Source: an uncultured Rhizobium sp. (GTDB taxonomy: Bacteria > Pseudomonadota > Alphaproteobacteria > Rickettsiales > UBA1997). From it: DNA of 64,000 nt. Below are positions 8,184 to 16,685 of this stretch, piece by piece. The notes below the pieces were generated by a model. That model ran no database searches and was not told the origin of the DNA. It saw only the letters and a program-made list of their open reading frames with translations. The translations under genes were made by a program, and so were the position numbers. Each line of letters opens with the position of its first letter. Position 1 is the stretch's first letter. The stretch is taken from positions 4,021 through 68,020 of the forward strand of contig CAYUHG010000004.1 in NCBI GenBank assembly GCA_964444545.1, given 5' to 3'.

Positions 8184-9143
8184 TTATTTCGTAAAATTTT
8201 CCCAGAATTTGTCAGTCAAATTTGGTAAAGCAGAATTAATTTCAGTCATTTCTGACATCTGTCCGTTGCAATGTAGCACAAGGTCGCAGCCAGCGTTTAA
8301 AATAGCTTTGGTTTTTTCAGCGAAAGTTCCTTTCAACGCTTTCATCGAAACGTCGTCGCTCATCAAAATATTTTTAAAACCAAGTTCTTCGCGGATTAAT
8401 TTAATCGCGGTTTCAGAAACTGTGGCGCAATTATTTTTATCAATCGCATTGTACAAAATATGCGCCGTCATGGCGAATTTTTGGTCGTTTAATTTTTTGA
8501 ATGGAATGAAGTCTGTGGCGCGTAATTCTTCTAAAGAAGCATCAACAACTGGCAATTCTAAATGACTGTCAGAAGTGCCGCGGCCATGGCCGGGGATGTG
8601 TTTGATCACCGGATAAACTTCTTTGCTCAACAAACCTTCGCAAACTTTGCGGCCCAAATCGGCAACTTGATCTGGCGTTTTTCCGTAAGCGCGATCGCCA
8701 ATTACGGCGTGAGTTTTTTCGGTTAAAATGTCTAAAACCGGAGCGCAATCAACGTTCAAACCAACTTCGCGTAAGTCGCTAGCAATTTCTTGGAAGTTTT
8801 TAAACAAAGCTTGGCGCGCTTCTTCCGGATTTTTTTCGTAAATGTCGGCGAAATGTTGTCCGGCTGGATATTTTTTCCAATGCGGTTCTTTCATGCGGGC
8901 AACGCGTCCGCCTTCTTGGTCGACTAACATCAAAACTTCACCTTCCATTACTTCACGAATAGAATCGGTTAAGCTTTTGAGCTGAGTTTTGTCTTCGATG
9001 TTGCGAGCGAAAACGATGAAGCCAATCGCGCCGTTTTTCGAGAAAAAATATTTTTCTTCGTCAGTTAATTTAGTGCCAGAAACGCCGTAAATTACAGGTT
9101 TGGTAACTTTTTTATTTTGAGCAATTTTGTGCAGTAACGACAT
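8184..9143 (-). CDS. nagZ: Beta-N-acetylhexosaminidase (GH3)
   Basis: GH3 motifs VDQEGGRVARM and KHIPGHGRGTSDSH. I chose the ATG at 9143, one nt after the hisB stop, rather than the ORF maximum at 9206, which would overlap hisB by 62 nt. Confidence 0.8.
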   Translation of the reverse strand: MSLLHKIAQNKKVTKPVIYGVSGTKLTDEEKYFFSKNGAIGFIVFARNIEDKTQLKSLTDSIREVMEGEVLMLVDQEGGRVARMKEPHWKKYPAGQHFADIYEKNPEEARQALFKNFQEIASDLREVGLNVDCAPVLDILTEKTHAVIGDRAYGKTPDQVADLGRKVCEGLLSKEVYPVIKHIPGHGRGTSDSHLELPVVDASLEELRATDFIPFKKLNDQKFAMTAHILYNAIDKNNCATVSETAIKLIREELGFKNILMSDDVSMKALKGTFAEKTKAILNAGCDLVLHCNGQMSEMTEINSALPNLTDKFWENFTK

Positions 9144-9144
9144 T

Positions 9145-9732
9145 TTACAAAACACCTTTGGTTGAATTAATCGCGTCTTTTTTGCGTTCGTCAATTGTGA
9201 TGGCAACGCGAAGTGCGCGTGCCAAAGCTTTGAAGCAAGATTCGATGATGTGATGATTATTCACGCCGTAAAGATTTTCGATGTGCAGATTGCAACCAAC
9301 TGATTGAGCAAAAGCGAAGAACCATTCGCGGAAAAGTTCGCAATCCATTTCGCCAATTTTGTCGCGTTTAAATTCGCAATTGAAAAGAGGGTAGGCGCGA
9401 CCAGATAAATCAATAACGCAACGTGTCAAAGTTTCATCCATTGGCACGTAAGAATGGCCAAAACGAGTGATGCCTTTTTTGTCGCCCAAAGCTTGTTTAA
9501 CTGCTTCGCCGATGGCAAGAGCTGCATCTTCAGTTGTGTGATGGAAGTCGATGTGTAAGTCGCCTTGAACTTCTAAATTGATGTCGATCAGTGAGTGATG
9601 AGAAAGTTGCTCGATCATGTGATTCAAAAAACCGATGCCTGTGTTGACTTTGTATTGGCCGGTTCCGTCGAGGTTAATTTCAACTTTGATTTTGGTTTCT
9701 TTGGTGTTGCGTTGTATTGTTGCTGTGCGCAT
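9145..9732 (-). CDS. hisB: Imidazoleglycerol-phosphate dehydratase
   Basis: 195 aa. R.T.ET.I.V.I.LDG.G......TGI.F..HM..Q...H.......V.GDL.ID.HHT.ED is the classic IGPD pattern. Confidence 0.9.
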   Translation of the reverse strand: MRTATIQRNTKETKIKVEINLDGTGQYKVNTGIGFLNHMIEQLSHHSLIDINLEVQGDLHIDFHHTTEDAALAIGEAVKQALGDKKGITRFGHSYVPMDETLTRCVIDLSGRAYPLFNCEFKRDKIGEMDCELFREWFFAFAQSVGCNLHIENLYGVNNHHIIESCFKALARALRVAITIDERKKDAINSTKGVL

Positions 9733-9777
9733 TTTTAAATTTTGACGATTTACAGATTAATGTCTTCTGGCTGGATT

Positions 9778-9873
9778 ATGGCTGGACGGGGTTTGTAACC
9801 ACGTCCACACGTTCATTTCAAATTTCAAACGAAACATGAATAATTAGATGGGGTTAAAAACCCCGTCCAGCCA
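9778..9873. repeat. Family C palindromic element
   Basis: tggctggacggggtttgtaaccacgtccacacgttcat...gatggggttaaaaaccccgtccagcca, between hisB and sodB. Confidence 0.85.
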
Positions 9874-9902
9874 TGAGTCAAGCCAAAGACCTATAATTTT
9901 TA

Positions 9903-10496
9903 TTACTTCAAATTTTCTGCTACGAAATCCCAGTTCACTAAGTGATTTAGGAAAGTGTCGATGTAAGTTGGACGAGCGTTTTGGAAATCTAAATAATAAG
10001 CATGTTCCCAAACGTCCATTGTCATTAAAGGTTTAGCGTTTGTAGTAAGCGGAGTTTCAGCGTTACCAGTTTTAGTAACTTTCAATTTTCCGTCTTCAAG
10101 AACTAACCAAGCCCAGCCTGAACCAAATTGAGTTGCACCAGCTTGTTTAAATTCAGCAACGAAATTTTCGTAAGAACCAAAATCAGCTTCGATTTTAGCA
10201 AGAACTGCGCCAGTAGGTTTGCCGCCGCCATTTGGTTTCATTGAATGCCAGTAGAAAGTGTGATTCCAAACTTGTGCAGCATTGTTGAAAATTCCAGCTT
10301 TAGTTTTGTCAGCAGCAGAAATTTTGATGATTTCTTCCAAAGATTTTCCAGCCAAGTCAGTGCTTGCGATCAAATTATTCAAATTAGTAACATAAGCTTG
10401 ATGATGTTTACCGTAGTGGTAGTTTAAAGTGTTCTCAGAGATGTGTGGGGTTAGAGCGTTTCTAGCGTAGGGAAGAGCTGGAAGTTCGAAAGACAT
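9903..10496 (-). CDS. sodB: Fe/Mn superoxide dismutase
   Basis: MSFELPALPYARNALTPHISENTLNYHYGKHHQAYV... and DVWEHAYYLD. The ATG at 10496 is preceded by AGGA 6 nt upstream. The longer ORF to 10721 is considered an artefact (see the rejected list). Confidence 0.9.
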   Translation of the reverse strand: MSFELPALPYARNALTPHISENTLNYHYGKHHQAYVTNLNNLIASTDLAGKSLEEIIKISAADKTKAGIFNNAAQVWNHTFYWHSMKPNGGGKPTGAVLAKIEADFGSYENFVAEFKQAGATQFGSGWAWLVLEDGKLKVTKTGNAETPLTTNAKPLMTMDVWEHAYYLDFQNARPTYIDTFLNHLVNWDFVAENLK

Positions 10497-10714
10497 AAAT
10501 GATCCTGTTTTGTTGTTAATTTTTGACGACGTCAAACCATCTTCATTTTTCTTGAACCTGAAAATTGTTGCATTGCAGGTGGTCACTAAAAATGCCGATG
10601 AGACTAACGCAGTCTTGATGAATTTTCTTTTTGACATTTGCATGGCGAAAAATTTATGTTTGGCGAATTGCCAAGTCAATTCACAAAAACTGCCACATAC
10701 CAAAAGGATCAAAC

Positions 10715-11488
10715 ATGACAAAAATCTCTGCCGTAATTGTTGCGCACAACGAGGAGAAAAAAATTGCTGAATGCCTAAAAAGTCTCTCTTTCGTTGATGA
10801 AATCGTTGTAGTGCTCGATAAATGCAGCGACAGAACCAAAGAAATTGTTTTGCAATTCACCGATAAAACTATCGAAGGTTCTTGGGCTATCGAAGGGATG
10901 CGTCGCAATGTTGCTGTAAATGCCGCAACTGGTGATTGGATTTTAGAAATGGACGCTGATGAAAGAATTTCTGAAGTTTTGGCCGAAGAAATTAAACAAG
11001 CAGTTGCTAACTCTGAGCCTTGTGCTTTCGTGATTCCAATCGCAAATTATATTGGTAAACGCTACGTCAGATATGGTTGGCTTCGAACTCTAGGTGTTTT
11101 GAGTCGTCAAACCATGCATTACAAAGGTTTGAAAAAATATAACGAAGACAAGGAAATTCATCCAACTGCCAAATTAGATGGTAAGATAAAATATCTAACC
11201 AACCCAATTATTCATTTGGTTGATGATGATATTGCTGACTTACTTAATCGTTTTAATCGTTACACTAATTGGCGCGCTGGTGATATGATTCGAACTGGCA
11301 AAACCAAAATTTCTTTAACCAAAGGAATGGTCACTTTTTTTTATAGAATGATCAAATCTTTCATCGGAAAAAAAGGCTACAAAGAAGGTCGTTTAGGATT
11401 CTTAATTGCAGTTCTGGCCGGTCTTTATCCAATGGTTTCTTATCTTAAGGCGACAGAAAAAATGCGTCGATCTGACCTAAAATTATGA
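10715..11488 (+). CDS. Family 2 glycosyltransferase (LPS core-type)
   Basis: ISAVIVAHNEEKKIAECLKSL.FVDEIVVVLDKCSDRT plus a DADE motif. The ATG at 10715 has an upstream AAGGA. Confidence 0.8.
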   Translation: MTKISAVIVAHNEEKKIAECLKSLSFVDEIVVVLDKCSDRTKEIVLQFTDKTIEGSWAIEGMRRNVAVNAATGDWILEMDADERISEVLAEEIKQAVANSEPCAFVIPIANYIGKRYVRYGWLRTLGVLSRQTMHYKGLKKYNEDKEIHPTAKLDGKIKYLTNPIIHLVDDDIADLLNRFNRYTNWRAGDMIRTGKTKISLTKGMVTFFYRMIKSFIGKKGYKEGRLGFLIAVLAGLYPMVSYLKATEKMRRSDLKL

Positions 11489-12567
11489 AGATTGTAAATA
11501 TCATTTTAACCTCACAAAACGGCGGTGCTGAGCAATCTTTTTGTGATTATCTCGCAGTTTTGAAAAACTTAGGTCATGAAGTTTTGGCAGTTGTAAAAGA
11601 TGATGCTCCTTACGTAAATCAAATTGAAAAGCTGGGAATTTCAGTAAAAAAAATCTCCAACAATCTTGGTGATCACGACATTTTTGCTGTAAATAATTTG
11701 CATAAAATTTTGCAGGAATTTGGCGCAAACCTCGTAATTGCTCATGTCGGCAGATCGGTAGTTTTGGCGAAAAGATCAATTAAAAAAATTTCTGATCGTA
11801 AAGTTTTTTTAATCGCGGTGAATCACAGCATGAACGTCAAACGCTCGATTGGTGCTGATTTAATCTTTTCGGTGAATCGCGAAATTTTCCATCGCACCGT
11901 TGATTTTGGCCAGCCGGAAGAATCTACTTTTGTGATTTCTAATGCGATCGATTTGACTGACGCCATCAATAATGCGCCGCGAGTAAATTTACAAAAACAA
12001 GATGTTATAACTTTGGGAATGATGGGGCGAATCGACGAATTTAAAGGCTTCGATCATTTAATTCGTGCGATTGCACTTTTGGAAAAAATGGTGCTAGAAA
12101 AAAATCTCAAACACAAATTTATCCTTAAAATTGCTGGAACAGGGCCAAATGAAAGAATTCTGCGTGAATTGACGAAAGTTCTAAAAGTGGAAGATAAAGT
12201 TGAATTTTGCGGTTGGGTTTCTGACAAAAAATCTTTTTTCCAAAGCATCGATATTTTTTGTAGCGCTTCCGACAACGAGACTTTTGGCCTTGTGCTGCTT
12301 GAGGCGATGAAATATCGCAAACCAATTATTGCTACCGACACCGACGGTTCAAAAGAAGTTTTACGCAACAAAGTTGATGGTTTGATCATTGCGCTTAATC
12401 CAATTGAAAATATCGAGCAACGCTTTGCTGATAATATCTTAGATTTGGTTGAACATCCGCAATTATTCGACACTTTAGTCGAAAATTCCTTCCTGCGTTT
12501 AAAGGATAAATTTTCTTACCAAATGCTCGAAACCAGAATGAAAGACATTATTGGTGTAGCGAAGTAG
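11485..12567 (+). CDS. Family 4 (GT-B) glycosyltransferase
   Basis: 360 aa with the E-X7-E region ETFGLVLLEAMKYRKPIIATDTDGSKEVL. There is a 4-nt overlap with the preceding GT2 gene. Confidence 0.8.
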   Translation: MKIVNIILTSQNGGAEQSFCDYLAVLKNLGHEVLAVVKDDAPYVNQIEKLGISVKKISNNLGDHDIFAVNNLHKILQEFGANLVIAHVGRSVVLAKRSIKKISDRKVFLIAVNHSMNVKRSIGADLIFSVNREIFHRTVDFGQPEESTFVISNAIDLTDAINNAPRVNLQKQDVITLGMMGRIDEFKGFDHLIRAIALLEKMVLEKNLKHKFILKIAGTGPNERILRELTKVLKVEDKVEFCGWVSDKKSFFQSIDIFCSASDNETFGLVLLEAMKYRKPIIATDTDGSKEVLRNKVDGLIIALNPIENIEQRFADNILDLVEHPQLFDTLVENSFLRLKDKFSYQMLETRMKDIIGVAK

Positions 12568-12571
12568 TGTA

Positions 12572-12613
12572 AAACTGGATTGCCGCGTTACTTCGTTTCT
12601 CGCAATCCAGTTT
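12572..12613. terminator. Hairpin between convergent genes (putative bidirectional terminator)
   Basis: aaactggattgc - 18-nt loop - gcaatccagttt is a perfect 12-bp stem, followed by T-rich sequence. Confidence 0.5.
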
Positions 12614-12615
12614 CT

Positions 12616-15600
12616 TCAAGCAATAATACAACTTTGTTGCTGTACAGTCTTAGTGGTTTCCTTCACGAATGTCTTTTTAATAATTTCTACAACAGCTTGC
12701 GCCGATTCATTTTCGCGATTCGGATCTACATTTTCTGCCATTGTTAAATATTTGTTAGCAAAATGATCAACCGTTACATCTCGCAGAGCAGATGATTCTC
12801 TGCTTCTAGTGATGCTTAGCGGCGATTCAATGTAAGGTTGTGACTCTGTGAGATCTCGTTTTTCGCAGATGGAACGCAGATCAAATTCGGCGATTAATTC
12901 TTTCAACATTTTTGGATTACTGCTTGTGATTGCTTCTTCAAAAAGTTGTTTCACGAAAGTTCCGATCTCGCCATTTTTAATTTCTTTCATCTTAGCCACA
13001 GCTGCTTTGCTTTCAGATTCTAGAGATTTTTTTAGTAAAGTATGACGTATTTCTGGTGATAAATTTCTGATTCTCTCAATCGCCAAATTCTCAATAAAAC
13101 TTTCGGTTAAAACTGCTTTATTGTTTTCTGGTCTAGTTAACTCTGCTACGGCGCTTTGAATGGTGTGATCTGAGAGCAAATCTTGTCTGTTAAATATCGC
13201 GGCCAAAGCTTTGGGATGGTGATGTCTGATTGCTAAAGTTGCTGCATCAGTTTCTACGCCATCTTCGATTGCCACAAGATTTGGATTGGCACCTTTTTGC
13301 ATTAAAAATTCAGCCATGGCAGCGTAGCCATTTTTAGAAATTGCGTAGTATAATGGTGATCTGTTGTTTTGATCGAAGGTGTTGATGTTGTCGGATAGTC
13401 GATATTCAGGATTAGCACGTAAAAAAGTTTTAAGAGTTTTTTCGCCATATTTTTCACAGATTTCGTAAATATTTTGGTTGGCAAAAGCTTGCCGTCTTTC
13501 TTCCGATGTTTTGTTTAAAACTTCGATCATTTGTGGATGAGTTCCATTCAAATAAGTTTTGAAAGACTCAGTAATAGCGAAGTCTTCTTGATCTGCTACT
13601 GCATCAAAAACTCGCTCTAATTCTTCGTCGTTTAGATCTCTTAAACTAAGTAAAAATTCAAAAGTTCCGGTGTGTCTACCTTTGATCGCAGTTGTTAAAT
13701 GTCGTGAGTGATTTCTGTTAAAATCCGCGCCATTGTTGATCAAAAATTCGATGTTGCCAGTGTAGGCATTTCCCTCGATGGCAAGAGTTAGTGCCGATTT
13801 AGTTTTGCCATCACGATCAACAAAAGTTTCTTGAATAAGTTCTTTCGCTACTTCTTCGCCGTATTTGTTTTTTATGGCTTCCAAATAAGGCGCTAAAGTT
13901 GCAGTACCTTGAGTTTTGCAGGCAATCGCAAAAACATTGGGAGTATTTTTTGGATGTTTGCGTGGGTCAAATCCAGCATTAATAAACATTTCAAAAGTTT
14001 TAACTAACTCATGATTAACTGCTAAAACTAAAGCCGGAGAATGGTCTTCCCATTTCTGTAAAAATTTATCGATTAGTGGACCACGCTGTTTTTTAACGGC
14101 TTTTAGATCAAGCGGTTCTTTTTTAGTTAAGATTTCGTTGAGCATCGCATCTGTTGTAGCGTCATTACTTCTGATGCAATAGCTGATATTGCTAAGCAAA
14201 ATGTCATCATCACCTTTGTCAAAACCTGCTGTTTTTAAATATTTTGAGAGCTCGGCTTTTTCTTTACGAGCATCTTCTGGTAAGGATCTGTCAGGTTGTT
14301 TTAACAGATAATCAACCAAAGTTATATCATCACGATATCGTAAAAAACTTTTGGCTAATTTACTGAAAGCTCGTCCATGAACCAAACGATCTTTCGTTAA
14401 CATGTGATCCATTTCATCTTGGGTTGGCAGCGGAATATTTTTTTGCACCATCAAATCAAAAGTGTGCGATATGTCAGGATCTGGTGCTATTGTATGGTCA
14501 AAAACCATTGTCATTAGCAGGTCGGGACGATTGCTTAAATCTCCACTGTTCTTTACTATTTCATCAACCAACACGATAGCAGAATGGCTGATTACTGCTG
14601 AAGTTAGTGAATAGAGAAGTGATCGTGATTTTAATTCTGCTGATTCTGCAGAAGTTGGATTGTTAGGATTTTGAACAGGATAAACTGGTAAAGTACCTTC
14701 GTTTCTACATAGTTCGGTGTCTTCACTAATAAATGATCGAATAATTTCGATTTCATGTGATGCTAGATCAGGTGATCTTTGAAAAGTACGAGAGCTTTCA
14801 GCAATTATTTCGTAGGCTTCTTCAATTCTTCGCGAAAGAGGGTGTTGATAATTTCCTTCTCGATCTTTTTGCCAGATTTCTTCCAATTGATCCATTCTAG
14901 TTCCTAAAATCCTATCCGAAATAACTTCGAATATTCGATCTTGGTAAAAGTTGGCATCTTCAGAAATTGTTGGTGCGATGATCTCGTATAAATCTTTTAC
15001 TTCGCCATTAGTTTTTCCGAAAAATTGTGATAAATCGACATGATTAGTTGATGTATCATCGTGATTTGATTGTTCGGTTAATTCATCCGTTTCGCTCTCA
15101 ACATCTATCCAAATACGATCTTGGAGTTTGGGAAAATATCCTCCCAAATATTCTTCAGCAAAGTGTTCGATAACGGCAGCTTCTTTTGCAATATGTTGAT
15201 TAGGAAAGTCTTTCTTTTGTGCAGAAAATATTGTGCTACCTTCTTTTATGACTGCGGTCAATTCAGCTTTTTGTTGCGGGTAAGAATCAATATTTTGTAA
15301 CCGTTCTTCAACAAGTTGCAGTATTCTGTCACTTAAGAAATCGGCAAATTGTAAATTATACTCGTTATTTGGTGTATTGTAAGTAAGAGCGAGAAGAGAA
15401 CGCAGCTTGGCAGTTGATTGATAAATTGAGGAATTACTTTCAATTAATGTTCTAACACCATTTAGCTCTGCAGCAGAATTTTTATCGAATTCGGGATAGC
15501 TGTATAAGCTACAACGTAAAATCTCCGAAATTTGTTCAAAAGTTGTATTCTCCAATGATGCGTCATTAACAATTTTTAATGTTTCTAGGGAATTTTCAGC

Positions 15601-16368
15601 TGTCCATCTAGAGCTTGCGATTAGTTCTTCGCCAAGATCAATATCTGCAGAAATAATCGCAGTTAAAGCTTGGCTCCTATCTTCTAAATTTGGCGCACTA
15701 AATTGTTCTAATAATTTTGATCCATAGTTTGGAAAGAGATGAGAATTTTTTGTAAAAAAATTTTGTAATAACTCGAGATTTTCTACAATCGCGTAGCTTA
15801 GTTGTTCATCAGTTGGGTTGCTAGATAATTTAGCATCTGGATTGATTGTAGTCTGTAGAAATTCTTTTATTTGGCGAATTTTAGCCGCTTTCGGAAGTTC
15901 TGAGTTTCCTTTAACAGTTTCAGTTATGAGGTTATAAAATCTCGTACCTTCAAGGGCTCTTGAAATAGAGAGTGTCGGAAGATTTTGTAAGTTATGTAAA
16001 CGCTGGATTGATTGAGATGCAGCTTTGTTGTGAGATACTGAAAACTGCTTTAAGCTGCTGTTAAGAGCATCAATTATTGTTCGATATTCACCACCTAATA
16101 TTATTCTAAAATCTTCTTCTGGATTGCTCAATTCTTGCAGAAGAAGAGCTAAATTTCGTGATTCTGGTCCTTTGAGATAATCAGTTTTTTCTGGAGCAGT
16201 TAGATAACCATTATTTTTTAAGAAATTTAATAGTTTATCTGGTTTGTGAGATTCTGGATCGCGAGGATTTTTGGCACTATGTCTCAGAATTATAGCCAGA
16301 TTCTTAATTTGAAAATCTTTGGGTTGTAGAGAAGATAAAATAGGTAAAACAGGTGAAACTGGTTTCAT
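12616..16368 (-). CDS. Large ankyrin-repeat protein with a C-terminal CaaX box; putative host-targeted effector
   Basis: 1250-aa ORF. ANK-like repeats lie at roughly 13150-14060, for example NNRSPLYYAISKNGYAAMAEFLMQKGANPN and LTLAIEGNAYTGNIEFLINNGADFN. The N-terminal ~750 aa have no motif I recognise. The protein ends ...QQSCIIA-stop. Confidence 0.85.
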   Translation of the reverse strand: MKPVSPVLPILSSLQPKDFQIKNLAIILRHSAKNPRDPESHKPDKLLNFLKNNGYLTAPEKTDYLKGPESRNLALLLQELSNPEEDFRIILGGEYRTIIDALNSSLKQFSVSHNKAASQSIQRLHNLQNLPTLSISRALEGTRFYNLITETVKGNSELPKAAKIRQIKEFLQTTINPDAKLSSNPTDEQLSYAIVENLELLQNFFTKNSHLFPNYGSKLLEQFSAPNLEDRSQALTAIISADIDLGEELIASSRWTAENSLETLKIVNDASLENTTFEQISEILRCSLYSYPEFDKNSAAELNGVRTLIESNSSIYQSTAKLRSLLALTYNTPNNEYNLQFADFLSDRILQLVEERLQNIDSYPQQKAELTAVIKEGSTIFSAQKKDFPNQHIAKEAAVIEHFAEEYLGGYFPKLQDRIWIDVESETDELTEQSNHDDTSTNHVDLSQFFGKTNGEVKDLYEIIAPTISEDANFYQDRIFEVISDRILGTRMDQLEEIWQKDREGNYQHPLSRRIEEAYEIIAESSRTFQRSPDLASHEIEIIRSFISEDTELCRNEGTLPVYPVQNPNNPTSAESAELKSRSLLYSLTSAVISHSAIVLVDEIVKNSGDLSNRPDLLMTMVFDHTIAPDPDISHTFDLMVQKNIPLPTQDEMDHMLTKDRLVHGRAFSKLAKSFLRYRDDITLVDYLLKQPDRSLPEDARKEKAELSKYLKTAGFDKGDDDILLSNISYCIRSNDATTDAMLNEILTKKEPLDLKAVKKQRGPLIDKFLQKWEDHSPALVLAVNHELVKTFEMFINAGFDPRKHPKNTPNVFAIACKTQGTATLAPYLEAIKNKYGEEVAKELIQETFVDRDGKTKSALTLAIEGNAYTGNIEFLINNGADFNRNHSRHLTTAIKGRHTGTFEFLLSLRDLNDEELERVFDAVADQEDFAITESFKTYLNGTHPQMIEVLNKTSEERRQAFANQNIYEICEKYGEKTLKTFLRANPEYRLSDNINTFDQNNRSPLYYAISKNGYAAMAEFLMQKGANPNLVAIEDGVETDAATLAIRHHHPKALAAIFNRQDLLSDHTIQSAVAELTRPENNKAVLTESFIENLAIERIRNLSPEIRHTLLKKSLESESKAAVAKMKEIKNGEIGTFVKQLFEEAITSSNPKMLKELIAEFDLRSICEKRDLTESQPYIESPLSITRSRESSALRDVTVDHFANKYLTMAENVDPNRENESAQAVVEIIKKTFVKETTKTVQQQSCIIA

Positions 16369-16557
16369 ATTTTGTAGACTTTGTTTTTAGTGCTCTCGGC
16401 TAATATTTGGCACTTTTACTTAGTCAACTTATTTGAGAAAAAATTTATCTTGGTAACAACCACAAGTAGTTTTTAAGGTTTTAAATTGTTGCATTAGCAA
16501 TCGAGTGCAAAACTACTTCTTGCTAATTTTCTCACGCTCTTAAAAAATCCTCCTCAA

Positions 16558-16645
16558 GGAAATAGTGTGGGCGGTTTGCTCATTAAACGGGTCAGGTTCG
16601 AAAGAAAGCAGCTCATAGTGCCACAGATCGGGTCATGCTATTTCC
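16558..16645 (+). ncRNA. ffs: Signal recognition particle RNA (4.5S RNA)
   Basis: The domain IV core gggtcaggttcgaaagaaagcagc matches the conserved GGUCAGGUCCGGAAGGAAGCAGC. The closing helix ggaaatag...ctatttcc is present. The gene is immediately upstream of dnaX, which is conserved synteny. The exact ends are uncertain by a few nt. Confidence 0.8.
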
Positions 16646-16685
16646 GCAAAATCTCGCCTTCTAATTTCTCAGTATTTCCAAGATA

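Noticed and set aside
8176-8565. 129-aa plus-strand ORF antisense to nagZ, with similar antisense ORFs inside hemN (25155..25571), pdxJ (44367..44666), rarA (50082..50432) and ftsK (62497..62895)
   Set aside because: They lie entirely within well-supported genes on the opposite strand, have low-complexity Ser/Phe/Ile-rich translations typical of AT-rich antisense frames, and show no RBS.
10631-10714. A longer start (10631) for the GT2 glycosyltransferase
   Set aside because: The extension (MTFAWRKIYVWRIAKSIHKNCHIPKGSN) is non-conserved in character. The ATG at 10715 is preceded by AAGGA and begins the typical GT2 N-terminus.
10497-10721. A possible N-terminal extension of SodB that would add a signal-peptide-like MSKRKFIKTALVSSAFLVTTCNA (an exported Fe-SOD?)
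   Set aside because: The canonical SOD N-terminus MSFELPALPY starts at an ATG with a good AGGA Shine-Dalgarno 6 nt upstream. The extension would leave only ~75 nt for two divergent promoters. It also has a ~45-aa non-conserved linker and a poor lipobox. It is worth a quick SignalP or proteomics check but is probably non-coding.
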